64,000 bases of DNA from an uncultured delta proteobacterium (lineage in GTDB: Bacteria > Myxococcota_A > Polyangia > Polyangiales > Polyangiaceae): positions 288,001-352,000 of the forward strand of contig CAWKKR010000007.1 of the NCBI GenBank assembly GCA_963850305.1, in the 5' to 3' direction. Positions 30,832 through 42,046 of this stretch are shown here, piece by piece. The notes beneath the pieces were generated by a model. That model did not search any database. It saw only the letters and a list, made by a program, of their open reading frames with translations, and was not told the DNA's origin. How positions within the stretch are numbered: the stretch's first letter is position 1; every line of letters starts with the position of its first letter. Position numbers and translations under genes: made by a program.

Positions 30832-31677
30832 TCAGCGCTGAAAGTTGATGGTGATGATCTGTGTCGCTGTGATCGGCACGCCCTCCTTGTCGAGCGCGGG
30901 CGAGAACGGTTCACGAAGTGCGCACCGCTTTGCCAGGGCACCGAAGCCGTAGCCTGGATCCTGGACGACGTTCGCGCGCTCTGCATGACCGTCCGCGCCG
31001 ATCGTCACCGCGATGGATACCCGGGCATAGTTGATCTGCTCGATGTCCGCTTCCGCGGGAAAGCCGCAGTGGTCCCAGGAGCCGCTTAGTGGCGTCGCGG
31101 CGCGCGACCGGTTCGGCCCTGATGCCACCTTCGTGCTGGCAACGGGCGCCGGGCTGCCCGGGCCCGCTGCGCGCAGGTTGCGGACCGCAGTGCGGCTGGT
31201 TCCGTCGCTCGTCGTCACGCCGCCAGCGAAGGAGTCGCCGTTCCCCTGCACGAAGCCGTCGCCCGTGAGATCCACGGGTTCGTCGGGATCGGGGGCCGCC
31301 GTCAGCACCTTTCCGGCCTGAGCTGCCGCCGGTGGCGCCGCGGGCGCCGGTGCGACGGCCTTCGGCGGCGGGGCTTCCTTGACGGGCTCCGGTTCGGGTG
31401 GCGGTGGTGGTTCAGGCGGAGGCGGCGGCGGGGGCGGCACCTGGATCTCGTATTCCATGGTGTGCCGTCGCGTGAGCGCGCGGTCGACGCCGAGCGCGAA
31501 GTCGCGGAGGTTCGTATAGAAGACGAGCGCGTGCACCCAGACGGCGACGTAGAGCGCAACCGTCGCGAGGAAGCTCCACAGAAACCGGCGGTCGTCGAGC
31601 CCGTCGAGTTCGAGCACGCGAGCGTACGGGTCCTCCGGCGTCGTGAGTATGGGGGAGCTTGCCGAGTGCAGGGTCAT
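30832..31677 (-). CDS. tonB: Energy transducer TonB-family protein
   Basis: N-terminal TM, poly-Pro linker, C-terminal TonB-like domain (VTIGADG...DPGYGFG...FSPALDKEG). Confidence 0.82.
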   Translation of the reverse strand: MTLHSASSPILTTPEDPYARVLELDGLDDRRFLWSFLATVALYVAVWVHALVFYTNLRDFALGVDRALTRRHTMEYEIQVPPPPPPPPEPPPPPEPEPVKEAPPPKAVAPAPAAPPAAAQAGKVLTAAPDPDEPVDLTGDGFVQGNGDSFAGGVTTSDGTSRTAVRNLRAAGPGSPAPVASTKVASGPNRSRAATPLSGSWDHCGFPAEADIEQINYARVSIAVTIGADGHAERANVVQDPGYGFGALAKRCALREPFSPALDKEGVPITATQIITINFQR

Positions 31678-32121
31678 TTACTTCGGAGGCTGAACGTCGA
31701 CCGCGTCCGCCTTCGGACCAGGGGAAACGGCGAAGGCGATCTTCGAGATGCCGGCCTGCCGCAGCAGATCGAGCACGTGGATCACGCGGCCGTGTTCGAC
31801 CTTCTTGTCGGCGCGGATCACGGCGCGGACGTCCTTGTTTTCGGCCCGGGCCGTGCGCCCGAGCGGCAGAATACCCTCGTCGCTCGCGACCGGCTTCGAA
31901 TCGACGCGGGTCTCACCGTTGGCCGACAGATCCACGCTGAAGATGGTCTGCATGTTCTCGCCCGTCGCGGACTTCGGCAGATCCATCGGCATGCCTTGCT
32001 GCACGATGATCTTCGCCGTGACCATGAAGATGACGAGCAACACGAGCATGACGTCCACGAGCGGCGTCACGTTGATCCCGGCGATCAGCCCCTCGTCGTC
32101 GTCCGATGTGCCGCCGGCCAT
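31678..32121 (-). CDS. exbD: Biopolymer transporter ExbD
   Basis: INVTPLVDVMLVLLVIFMVTA, IRADKKVEHGRVIHVLD. Confidence 0.93.
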   Translation of the reverse strand: MAGGTSDDDEGLIAGINVTPLVDVMLVLLVIFMVTAKIIVQQGMPMDLPKSATGENMQTIFSVDLSANGETRVDSKPVASDEGILPLGRTARAENKDVRAVIRADKKVEHGRVIHVLDLLRQAGISKIAFAVSPGPKADAVDVQPPK

Positions 32122-32122
32122 G

Positions 32123-32827
32123 TCAGCTCTCCTCGTCCCGGGCGCGCTTCGGCTTTGGACCCTGGCCGGCTTCCACCCCGGCCAGGTGCGCCGTGAGAAC
32201 CCTGCTCAGGACCTCCGTGTTGGCGAGGGTCGACTTCAACTGCCGCATGAAATAGTTATACGTGGCCACCGCGGGAATGGCGACGATGAGCCCGACTGCC
32301 GTCGCGACGAGCGCTTCGGCGATGGCGGCCATGACTTCCTGCGGAGCCATGCCCGCGGCAGCTTCGGTCGCGGCCGTGACGGAGTCTTGCCGTCCGAGAG
32401 CGGCGAACGCCTGCACGACGCCGATGACGGTACCGAACAGCCCGATGAACGGGGCGTTGTTCCCGAGGGTTCCGAGGAACGCGAGTCGCCGCTCGAGTCG
32501 CATGCGCTGTAGGGCTACCGCGCCGGCCATCGCTTCCTGGGCGGCTTCCTTGCCGCGCTCGCTCTCGACGATGCCCGCGACGACGACCGCGGCTTCCGCG
32601 CTCGGCGACGCTTCCATCTTCCGCTTCGCGCCCTCGAGGTCACCGTGGCGCAAGAGGTCACGGAGATCGCTCGCGAGCCGGGTGAGATCGTCGCGGAGCG
32701 ACCAGTAGAACCATGCGCGCTCAAGCATCACCGCCACCGAGATCACGCTGAGCCCGATGAGGAGCCACATCACCCATTGGGCTCCGAAGTTCGTCATCAG
32801 GCGCTGGAGCCATGCGGTCAGATTCAT
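32123..32827 (-). CDS. exbB: MotA/TolQ/ExbB proton channel protein
   Basis: LGTLGNNAPFIGLFGTVIG, IAEALVATAVGLIVAIPA. Confidence 0.92.
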   Translation of the reverse strand: MNLTAWLQRLMTNFGAQWVMWLLIGLSVISVAVMLERAWFYWSLRDDLTRLASDLRDLLRHGDLEGAKRKMEASPSAEAAVVVAGIVESERGKEAAQEAMAGAVALQRMRLERRLAFLGTLGNNAPFIGLFGTVIGVVQAFAALGRQDSVTAATEAAAGMAPQEVMAAIAEALVATAVGLIVAIPAVATYNYFMRQLKSTLANTEVLSRVLTAHLAGVEAGQGPKPKRARDEES

Positions 32828-33026
32828 CGGTCGTTCCTCTTTTCGCCTCGCGGCTTGGGGTCGAAAGCTCGGATTCTCGTGGGTCGCATGGGTAGCCCAA
32901 TCCGAGTCACGGCTAAACCGAGAAGCAGCGGGGCTCAGCCGGGCTAGCCTTGAAGCCGCTTGCTACAACTGTCCAGAAGGCTGAGAGCTTCCCCTAATAG
33001 TTGGTTTCCCGTCAGAAAGGTTTCTT

Positions 33027-33046
33027 GTGGGGGTGAATTCCCCCAC
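33027..33046. terminator. Perfect 7-bp hairpin, possible terminator of the 5'-nucleotidase gene
   Basis: GTGGGGG-TGAATT-CCCCCAC, about 50 nt past the 33099 stop; no clear U tract. Confidence 0.35.
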
Positions 33047-33098
33047 TAGCGGGCACCGCGGGGTACCGAGCCATTTCGGGCCCACGACCGGGTCGACA

Positions 33099-34580
33099 CT
33101 AGAGCTCGTGCGGCATCAGGTCGTGGGGGGAGCGGAAAAACTGCATCGGCGAATAGTGTCGGAGGCACGACGCCCGCCGCATGTAGACGTCCGCGTAGGC
33201 GTCCACCTGCTGCCCGAAGCTGCTGAGCTCGTTGTCCTGTTTCAGGAGGGAGCCCCAGTAGGGGTGGAAGCTCCGGTCCACGATGTCCCGGAGCTTCGAG
33301 TGTTCCTCGGAGATCGCCTTGAGCTCGGCGCGGATCCGGTCGATCGCCCGCTTCACGTGTACCCGCTCGACGGCAGCGTCGCCATCGCGTCCGGTCGTCT
33401 TGCCGAGGCCCTTGAACTTGGCTTGATAGAAGCGAAGCTCGTCTTCCAGGTTGTCGCGGGTCTCCTCGAGCTGCCTCTGTCGAGCGATGTCCGCGGAGCA
33501 CCGACCGTGCGCCTCCAGCTCTGCGCCGAGCTCCTGGATGACCATCGCCGTGCGCCACGCGGATTCCTTCTTGGAGCGGAGGATGTCGCCGTAGATGTGA
33601 TCGCCGACGTAGAGAATGCTCGCGCCCGGGACGCCGAGGAGCCGCTCGAAGTCGCTCAGGTTGCCGCCCTCGTAGACCTTGCCGCGCTCGAGGGGTCCGT
33701 GCAGATCCCGGAGCACGTCCCCATCGCGCTCCATAAGAGGTCGTCCCTCCTTGAACCACGCCGGCTTCTGCGCGGCGACGATCACGACGTCGAAGTAGTG
33801 GCGCCACGACGGGTACTCGTTCATCGCGCCGCCGAGCAGGTACTTCATCACCGACTCGGTGTACCCCCAGGGCGAGTTGGTGAGCAGGAAGAGCTTCTTG
33901 CCGGCCGAGCGCAGCTTGTGCAGCGTCTCGGCGAGGTGCGGATCGCGCATGATGTACTTGGAGGGGTCCGGCAGCACGTGCGCGTAGATCGTGCCGTCGC
34001 GGTGCGCTTCGTCGATGCACTCGCGCACGTCGGGGAACAGCTTTCCGTAGTCCACCCGCTCGCCGCGGCGTTCGAGCGCTTCCACGATCGCCGCGTAGGC
34101 AGTCACCTCCGCGAGGGCGAAGAGCGTGTCGATCCAGTGGTAGCGCGTCGTCTGCGGGTGAATGCGCTTCTGCGTGTAGAGCTCCTGCAGCGCGTCCTTC
34201 GCGAGCGGCTGCATGCCGTGGTAGGCCTTCCGCGCGACCTTGAAGCGATTCATCTTGAGGATGTGGCCGTACCGCTTGTCGACGAGCAGCCCGCGGATCG
34301 GAAAGCGGTGGTCATACACCAGCTTCGACAGGGCGCTCGGGTACCCGCGCGCCACGAGCCGCTCGACCGTCGCCTCGACCTGGAGCGAGTCCATCCGCGA
34401 CTGGTCGTAGATGGCGAGCGTGTAGTCCATGTCGAAGCCCATCCACTGCACGCTCGTCATCTTCAGGTTCCGGTTCACCCAGACCCGCTCCGACTCGGGG
34501 ATCTTCGACGACGCCGGGTGCGGCGAGGCCCCGAGGGGCATCGGTAAATGGAGCTGGCGAACTGGACCGGATCCGTCCAA
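33099..34580 (-). CDS. HAD-IG family 5'-nucleotidase (cN-II-like)
   Basis: VWVNRNL, GFDMDYTL, FLLTNS, LYVGDHIYGDI, YADVY; start TTG 34580 or ATG 34541. Confidence 0.93.
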   Translation of the reverse strand: MDGSGPVRQLHLPMPLGASPHPASSKIPESERVWVNRNLKMTSVQWMGFDMDYTLAIYDQSRMDSLQVEATVERLVARGYPSALSKLVYDHRFPIRGLLVDKRYGHILKMNRFKVARKAYHGMQPLAKDALQELYTQKRIHPQTTRYHWIDTLFALAEVTAYAAIVEALERRGERVDYGKLFPDVRECIDEAHRDGTIYAHVLPDPSKYIMRDPHLAETLHKLRSAGKKLFLLTNSPWGYTESVMKYLLGGAMNEYPSWRHYFDVVIVAAQKPAWFKEGRPLMERDGDVLRDLHGPLERGKVYEGGNLSDFERLLGVPGASILYVGDHIYGDILRSKKESAWRTAMVIQELGAELEAHGRCSADIARQRQLEETRDNLEDELRFYQAKFKGLGKTTGRDGDAAVERVHVKRAIDRIRAELKAISEEHSKLRDIVDRSFHPYWGSLLKQDNELSSFGQQVDAYADVYMRRASCLRHYSPMQFFRSPHDLMPHEL

Positions 34581-34626
34581 GAGACGATCAGTTTAGCAGA
34601 TGTTTCCGGGGCGCCCGGGCCTCGCG

Positions 34627-35713
34627 TCACGCGCCTTTCGAGCTCACGCCCACGCCGTGTCCGGCGCGGAATCCCCGAGACGAGGATGTTCGGTCCGCGT
34701 TGCTCCCAGCCGCCGGTCGTCGGGTCGCTTTTCATGAAGAGTGGCGTGTCGAGGTCCACGAACTCGAAGCCGCCCACTCCGGCCGCGAGGCACGCGGACA
34801 CGGTCATCGCGAGCTTCGTCTCCACCATGCCGCCGATCATGAGCGCGAGGTGATAGCCGCGGGCCGCCGCGATCATGTCGCACGCCTCCGCGAGCCCGCA
34901 CTTGGTGATCTTCACGTTCACGACGTCCGCGGCGCGCGTCGACGCGACGACCGCGACGTCGGTTGCGGAGCGCACGCTCTCGTCCGCGGCGACGAGCACC
35001 CGCGTGCGCTTTCTCACCGTGCGCATCCCATCGAGGTCGTCCGCGGCCGTCGGTTGTTCGAACAACGCCACGTTGCCCGCGCCGATGCGCTCGACCAGCT
35101 CGACCGCGGCCTCCGCGGACAGGCTCGCGTTGGCGTCGAGGATCAGCCGTGCCCCCGGCGCGCCTTCCAGGATGGCGCGAAGCCGTTCCACGTCACGCTC
35201 GATGTCCGCGCCCCCCACCTTCACCTTGAGCGTCCGGAAGCCGTCCCGTGCGGAGCGGCGTGCGGCTTCGATCGCGTGCTCCGTCGTGCCCGTCACGATC
35301 GTCACGTCCGTCTCGAGGCCGTCTTCGGCGCCCCCGAAGAACCGATGCAGCGAGAGCCCTGCGCGGCGCGTGACCGCATCGAGGACGGCCGACTCCAGCG
35401 CTGCACGGGCACTCGGTACGTCCGGGATCGCCTCGCGCAGGATGGCCGCGATCCGGCGCCAGCGCGTCGCGTCCTCGCCGACGAGGCCGCTCGTCGCCCG
35501 TTCGACGGCGGCGAGCGCGTCGGCCTGCGTCTCGCCGTTCACAGCCGGAAACGGCGCGGCTTCCCCGAGTCCGACCGTGCCGTCTCCGAGCCGCACTGTG
35601 ACCAGTACATTGGCCGCGACATGTTGCGCGCCGGTCGCGATCCCGAACGGCTCCGAGAGCGCGACGTTCCAGGGCTCGGCGTGAACGGAGGCGATGTGTG
35701 TGGGGGCGGTCAT
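34627..35713 (-). CDS. Dipeptide (L-Ala-D/L-Glu) epimerase, enolase superfamily; +1 frameshift near 34670
   Basis: PFGIATG, GLGEAAP, LKVKVG, LDAN, FEQP, ADES, NVKITKCG, GGMVET, DLDTPL; corrected end ...AGHGVGVSSKGA*. Confidence 0.9.
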
Positions 35714-35855
35714 GGGGGAGGGTCGCGGATGGGCGCACGAAGGTAAACCCGCATGGGAGGGCGACGCTAGCCGGCGGCGTGGGCGGTCACGGCCGAGTTC
35801 CCCTTCGGCATGCCGGACGTTGCTACCGTGGTAGCCTCTGCGAGGACCCACATCG

Positions 35856-36566
35856 ATGCGTCCCGTCGTCATCCTGGTCGCCGGAGATCCCGTGCCGGGC
35901 GTTCGAGCGTCGCGGGGCGGGTTTGCGGAGCTCATCCGCGGCGCGGCCGGAGCGAGTTTCGGCGGGCCCTGGCTGGACGTCGAGCTGCGCGACGGCTCGG
36001 CGCTGCCGGAGCCGGAAACCCTCTCGGGCGCGATCATCACCGGCTCCGCGTCGAGCGTCACGGACCGCGAGCCGTGGGTGCTCCGGGGCGAGGCGTATCT
36101 CCGCGAGCTCGTCCGGCGCCGCGTGCCGACGTTCGGGATCTGCTTCGGACATCAGATGCTCGGGCAGGCCCTCGGCGGCCACGTGGCGCGTAACCCGCGC
36201 GGCCGCGAGATTGGCACCGTGCCCTTCGACGTCGTGCGCGACGACCCCCTGTTCGCGAGCGTCCACCCACCTTGTCGCGCCAATACGACGCACGTCGACG
36301 CGGTGGAACGCCTTCCGCCGGGCGCGACCCTACTCGCGACGACCGAGCGCGAGCCTCACGCCGCGGTGCGGTTCTCCGAGACGGCCTGGGGCGTCCAGTT
36401 CCACCCGGAGATGGACGGCGAGGTCGTGCGCGGCTATCTCGAAGCGCGCCGCGAGATCCTCGTTCGCGAAGGCTTCGACGTGGACCGGCTCATCGCGGAC
36501 ACGGACGATGCACCCGCGGGCAGAGCGACGCTGGCAAGGTTTCTGGAGATCATCGTCGCGAGCTGA
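35856..36566 (+). CDS. Class I glutamine amidotransferase-like protein
   Basis: IITGS, GICFGHQML, WGVQFHPE (Cys-His-Glu triad). Confidence 0.92.
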   Translation: MRPVVILVAGDPVPGVRASRGGFAELIRGAAGASFGGPWLDVELRDGSALPEPETLSGAIITGSASSVTDREPWVLRGEAYLRELVRRRVPTFGICFGHQMLGQALGGHVARNPRGREIGTVPFDVVRDDPLFASVHPPCRANTTHVDAVERLPPGATLLATTEREPHAAVRFSETAWGVQFHPEMDGEVVRGYLEARREILVREGFDVDRLIADTDDAPAGRATLARFLEIIVAS

Positions 36567-36744
36567 CGTCCTGAGGCGTGCCCGGTAGGGCCAGACCCAG
36601 GCGAAGGACGCCGTCACCTTCCTCGCGTGTGGTGGCCCCGTTGAAAGCCGAGCGACCCCCCTTCCGTCCAACTCGGCGCCCCTCGCCCTCGCCTTCGCCC
36701 TGCACCTTGCGCGCCGCCTCTCGCCCCCGCTCCCGGGCCCGTCC

Positions 36745-37884
36745 TCAGAACGACGGCAGCGTCGCGAACCGGTCGACGTGGTGGTCCTCGTCTCCGTAGA
36801 GGGCGCAGAGCGACTGCATCCGCTTGAAGTAGAGGCCGATGTTGTGCTCGTCGGTGACGCCGATGCCGCCGTGGAGCTGGATGCCCTGGCGCGTGACGAA
36901 GAAGCCGCCCCTGGAGAGCTGCTTCTTGGCGATCGAGACGGAGCGCTTGCGCTCCACATCGTCGCTCGAGTCGGCGTGGAGCATCGCGAGGATCGCGGTG
37001 CTCTTGCAGAGCTCGACCTGCACGAACATGTCGACGAGCCGGTGCTGGAGGGCCTGGAAGGTGCCGATCTTGACACCGAACTGCTCCCTCTCGCAGAGGT
37101 AGTCCCGCGTCATCTGGAGCGTCGCCTGATTGATGCCCGAGCCTTCACACGCCGACGCGGCCGCGCCGTAGTCCTGCGCACGGTCGAGGATCGGCGTGGC
37201 CTTGCCCTCGGCGCCGATGAGGGCGTCCGCAGCGACGCTGACCCCCTCGAGCTCGATGAGCGCCGCCTTGTGGCTGTCCATGCACGCGACGGTCTTGATC
37301 TTGAGTCCGGGCGCGCCGCGATCGACGACGAAGAGCGACACGCCCTCCTTGTCGCGCGGTCCGCCGGACGTGCGCGCGCTCACGAGGATGTGATCGGCGG
37401 CCTGGCCGTTCAGCACCCACTCTTTCTTGCCGGTGAGCCTGTAGCCGGTGCCCGTCTTTTCCGCGCGCGTCTCGACGTTCGAAACCTCGTAGCGGCTGTT
37501 TTTCTCGACGTAGGCGAGGGCGAGGGACGTCTTGCCCTCGATCATCGACGGCAGGTACTTCTGCTGCTGCGCTTCTGTCCCGTAATGCGAGAGCGTCATG
37601 CCCGCGACGATGACCGACGGGATGTACGGCTCCGGCACGAGCGTCGCACCGAGCCGCTCGATGACGAGCCCTGCATCGAGGAACGTGCCTCCGATGCCGC
37701 CGACGCTCTCGGGCAGTGGCACTCCGAGCCACCCGAGCTCGCCCATCTTCGCCCAGACCTGCTTGTCCCACCCGACGTCGCTCTCGCGAATCTTGCGGAC
37801 GCGTTCGACCGGCGAGTCCTTCTTCGTGAAGTTCGAAACGGTTTCGACCAGCATTTTCTGGTCTTCGGTGATCTGGAAGTTCAT
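36745..37884 (-). CDS. Acyl-CoA dehydrogenase family protein (partner subunit)
   Basis: MNFQITEDQKML, ELGWLG, REQFGVKIGTFQALQHRL, IQLHGGIGVTDEH. Confidence 0.93.
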   Translation of the reverse strand: MNFQITEDQKMLVETVSNFTKKDSPVERVRKIRESDVGWDKQVWAKMGELGWLGVPLPESVGGIGGTFLDAGLVIERLGATLVPEPYIPSVIVAGMTLSHYGTEAQQQKYLPSMIEGKTSLALAYVEKNSRYEVSNVETRAEKTGTGYRLTGKKEWVLNGQAADHILVSARTSGGPRDKEGVSLFVVDRGAPGLKIKTVACMDSHKAALIELEGVSVAADALIGAEGKATPILDRAQDYGAAASACEGSGINQATLQMTRDYLCEREQFGVKIGTFQALQHRLVDMFVQVELCKSTAILAMLHADSSDDVERKRSVSIAKKQLSRGGFFVTRQGIQLHGGIGVTDEHNIGLYFKRMQSLCALYGDEDHHVDRFATLPSF

Positions 37885-38100
37885 GGAGAGTTTTGCTTCG
37901 TTCGGGGTGACTGGACGGTCACGCGACAATCGTTCGCTGACGAACAGCGGGCGCCCGGCCTCGCCGGGTATGTCAGGTGTGTTGTGGGCCTCTTCGGTGG
38001 ATCGTGATCTGCTCTTCCAGGGACCGATCAGGTCGTCGTGGCTTCCGGGGCTTTGCCCCGTGTCAGCGGTTCCGTTCTGTCGGGTCGGCGGTTCGCGCCG

Positions 38101-39286
38101 TCATGTGCCCGGGAGTCCCAGGACCATCTTCGCGATGATGTTCTTCTGAATTTCGTTCGAGCCCGCGTAGATGGTGGCGGCGCGGAGGTAGTTGTGTTCG
38201 GACGCGACGGACTCTTCACGGGCGGGGATGGTTCCCTCCGCGTTGAACCAGTTGAGGCCGTGGTGGCCCATGAGGTCCATCATCAGCTCGAAGCACTCTT
38301 GCTGGATCTCGGTGCCCCGAAGCTTCAGGATGCTGGACTCGGGGCCCGGAGCCTTGCCCGTCTGCGCGCTCGCGACGGTGCGGTAGTTCGCCATGCGGAG
38401 CGCCTCGAGGTCCATCTCGAGCCGCGCGATGCGGCCGCGGTACCCGGGATGATCGAGCGCAGGTTTGCCGTCGATCATCGTATCGCGAGCGATCTTCTTG
38501 ATGCGGACGATCTGTCGCGTCGAACGACCGACGCCCGCGACGAGCGTGCGCTCGTGGCCGAGGAGCGCCTTCGCGTACGTCCAGCCCATGTTCGGCTCGC
38601 CGACGATGTTCTCGGCGGGGACCTTCGCGTTCTCGAACCAGGTCTCGCAGAAGGCGAGCGTGTTGCCCGTCGTGAGAAACGGCTTCGCGACGACGCCCGG
38701 CGTCTTCATGTCGACGAGGAAGAAGCTGATACCGCTCTGCTTCTTGCCGGTCGCGTCCGTCCGCGCGAGGACGAAGATCCAGTCGGCGTACTGCGCGTAC
38801 GTCGTCCAGGTCTTCTGCCCGTTCATGATGTAGTTGCCGTGACCGTCGGGCTCGGCGCGGAGCTTCAGGGAGGCGAGGTCGCTGCCGGCGTTGGGCTCGG
38901 AGTAGCCCTGACACCAGACCTCCTCGCCGCTCAGGATCTTCGGCAGGAAGCGTTCCTTCTGTGCCTTGCTCCCGAACTGGATGATGAGCGGCCCCACCAT
39001 GCCGAGCCCGAACGGCGAGAGCGTCGGGGCGCTCGCGAGCTCGAGCTCCTCGCTCAGGATGAACCGCTTCGCGACGTCGAAGCCCGGGCCTCCCGCGTCC
39101 TTCGGCCAGTGAGCGGCGATCCAGCCCTTCTTGTAGAGGATCTTGTGCCATTCCATCTGCTCGTCGTGATCGAACGCGCCGTCTACGGCGGCCTTCGCCT
39201 TGATGTTCGGCGGCATGGCCGACTGGATCCACTCCCGAACTTCATCGCGGAACTCGAGTTGCTCGGGCGTAAACGAAAGGTCTCAT
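38101..39286 (-). CDS. Acyl-CoA dehydrogenase; +1 frameshift right after the start codon
   Basis: WCQGYSEPNAGSDLASL, MNGQKTWTT, RAATIYAGSNEIQKNIIAK. Removing one A after ATG 39286 gives MDLSFTPEQLEFRDEVREWI. Confidence 0.93.
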
Positions 39287-39468
39287 CCTGGGTTCTCCGT
39301 GAGCGGCAATCGGAGCGAGCCTTCGAGCGGGCCGCCGCGCCTTGCCGGGGCGCGGACAGTACCATGAGGGTCGGGTCGGATGTCACGGGGGCTGGTTTGG
39401 GCGGTGAGCGGCCACGCTCGACGGCCCGGGCTGCCTGGGGTAAAGCGCCGCCTCTTCACGAGGCAACC

Positions 39469-40572
<1,104 letters not shown>

Positions 40573-40693
40573 CGCCGGGGTCCGCTAGCTTCGAGCACGT
40601 GCCCAGCTGGGTGGTCTCGAGCGTTCATGTCGAGCCTGACGGGTTGGCTGATCCGCGGAGCTACGCGCCTGCTTCGCCGGGGGTCACGGGAGC

Positions 40694-40930
40694 ATGCGAC
40701 TCGGCGTTAGCCCGGACGATCTCTTCATCGGTAAATCTGGGGCCATTCTTCTCGGATTCCCCGACACGACTCAGGACGCGGACCTGTATCTCGAGAAGAA
40801 CCCCGAGAACGGGGCCCGCGCCGTCGATGCCGCGTGTGCACTGGGTTTCGGCCTGACGGACGCGGAAGCGGACGAGGTCCGTCGCGGGAAGGACTTCGTG
40901 CAGCTGAAGGACGGGCCCTTCGACGAGCTA
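40694..40930 (+). pseudogene. Truncated nucleotidyltransferase-like fragment
   Basis: LFIGKSGAILLGFPDTTQDADLYL resembles the Pol-beta-type G(x)nDxD motif. The protein-like sequence ends at GPFDE, at the stop of the convergent gene. Confidence 0.5.
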
Positions 40931-41767
40931 CTGCTGGGGTTGCCTCTTGCCCTTGATGAGCAAGTAGATGCCGTAGATGCCGCAGGTGAGGACGATGAGG
41001 AGCACCGTGATGATCGGGTTCGGGCCGCCAACCGTGCCGGGGATGGGATCCATCGGTTCGTCGTAGTTCGCCATCGGCGCGGGCGGCACGGGTGACATGG
41101 CGGCAGGCTGCGCGGGCACCATGGCGTGGGGTGCTCCGGAGGCCACCGGTGCCGTCGCGCCGAGCGCGTCGGAGTTGCCGAAACCCGGCGGGGGAGCGCC
41201 GAAACCAGGGGGCGGCCCGCCGATGTCGTAACTTCCCGGTGCGCTCGCCGTTGGCGGCGCCTGCGGGAACCCTCCGAACGCCCCGGCATCCGCGACGACA
41301 GTGCCGCCGAGCGGGTTCACGGACGAGACGGGTTGCGGAATTGATTGAGCCGGTGGGGGTGCGTAAGCGGGTGCGGGCGGCGGCTCGTACGCAGGCGCGG
41401 GGGCACTGTAAGCGGCGGGTGGCTGCGCGACGGGGGGTGCGCTCGGCGCTCCTCCGAGCGGGCTGTTCGAGCCGAGAGAGGGGGGCGCGACGCCGATCAT
41501 CGTTCCCTTGAGTTTTGGCTTGGGGGCCTGGGGAGCCGCCGCAGCCACGGGCGGCGCCGAGGCCACCGCCGGGGCGACAGGTGCGGCCGGCGCAGGTGCG
41601 ACGGGGGCCGCGGGTGCTGCTGGTTTCGCTGCCGTGGGCGGCGCGTTCATCATCAGCATCGTGCCCTTGAACTTGGGCGCCGCCGCGGCGGCCCTCAGCG
41701 CGAAGCCGCACTTGGCGCAGGCCGTCGCCGTATCCACATTCTGTGCACCGCAGTTCGGGCAAAACAC
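40928..41767 (-). CDS. Zinc-ribbon, Pro/Ala-rich membrane-anchored protein
   Basis: GTG start after GGAGG; CPNCGAQNVDTATACAKCG; repeated KGTM motifs; C-terminal TM LLIVLTCGIYGIYLLI. Confidence 0.85.
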   Translation of the reverse strand: MFCPNCGAQNVDTATACAKCGFALRAAAAAPKFKGTMLMMNAPPTAAKPAAPAAPVAPAPAAPVAPAVASAPPVAAAAPQAPKPKLKGTMIGVAPPSLGSNSPLGGAPSAPPVAQPPAAYSAPAPAYEPPPAPAYAPPPAQSIPQPVSSVNPLGGTVVADAGAFGGFPQAPPTASAPGSYDIGGPPPGFGAPPPGFGNSDALGATAPVASGAPHAMVPAQPAAMSPVPPAPMANYDEPMDPIPGTVGGPNPIITVLLIVLTCGIYGIYLLIKGKRQPQQ

Positions 41768-41925
41768 GCAAGTACCTCCACGAGAGAGACCGGGGCCCCG
41801 AGCGTACACGGCTGGGGCTGCGCTTCCAAGCACGACATCGAATACCGCTGCTGCTTTCATGGCTCCCTGGTACGAGTGTCCGTCGGTTGCAGAAAACCCG
41901 CCGACTTTCCCCGGAAACCGTGGCC

Positions 41926-41955
41926 TTGACACGTCGCTTTCACCGTCACTACGGT
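41926..41955 (+). promoter_or_regulatory. Sigma70-type promoter for the nuo operon
   Basis: TTGACA-N18-TACGGT, about 90 nt upstream of nuoE. Confidence 0.55.
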
Positions 41956-42046
41956 GCGCACGCCGGTGCGCCTGGAAAGCCCGGACATCGACTGTCGTGC
42001 GGCCCGTTGCCGCCCGCCGGCCGAGCGAGTCGAGGATAGTTCGAAG

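Noticed and set aside
32830..33060. Cobalamin riboswitch upstream of exbB
   Set aside because: The context is suggestive, but I could not find the conserved B12-box or core motifs in the right order on the minus strand.
37885..38100. Structured RNA between the two acyl-CoA dehydrogenase genes
   Set aside because: The gap is about 215 nt with small hairpins (e.g. GGGGCTTTGCCCC), but it matches no family I recognise and has no extended pairing.
38038..39468. Long N-terminal extension of ychF (844-aa ORF)
   Set aside because: It is antisense to the acyl-CoA dehydrogenase; ychF starts at ATG 39469.
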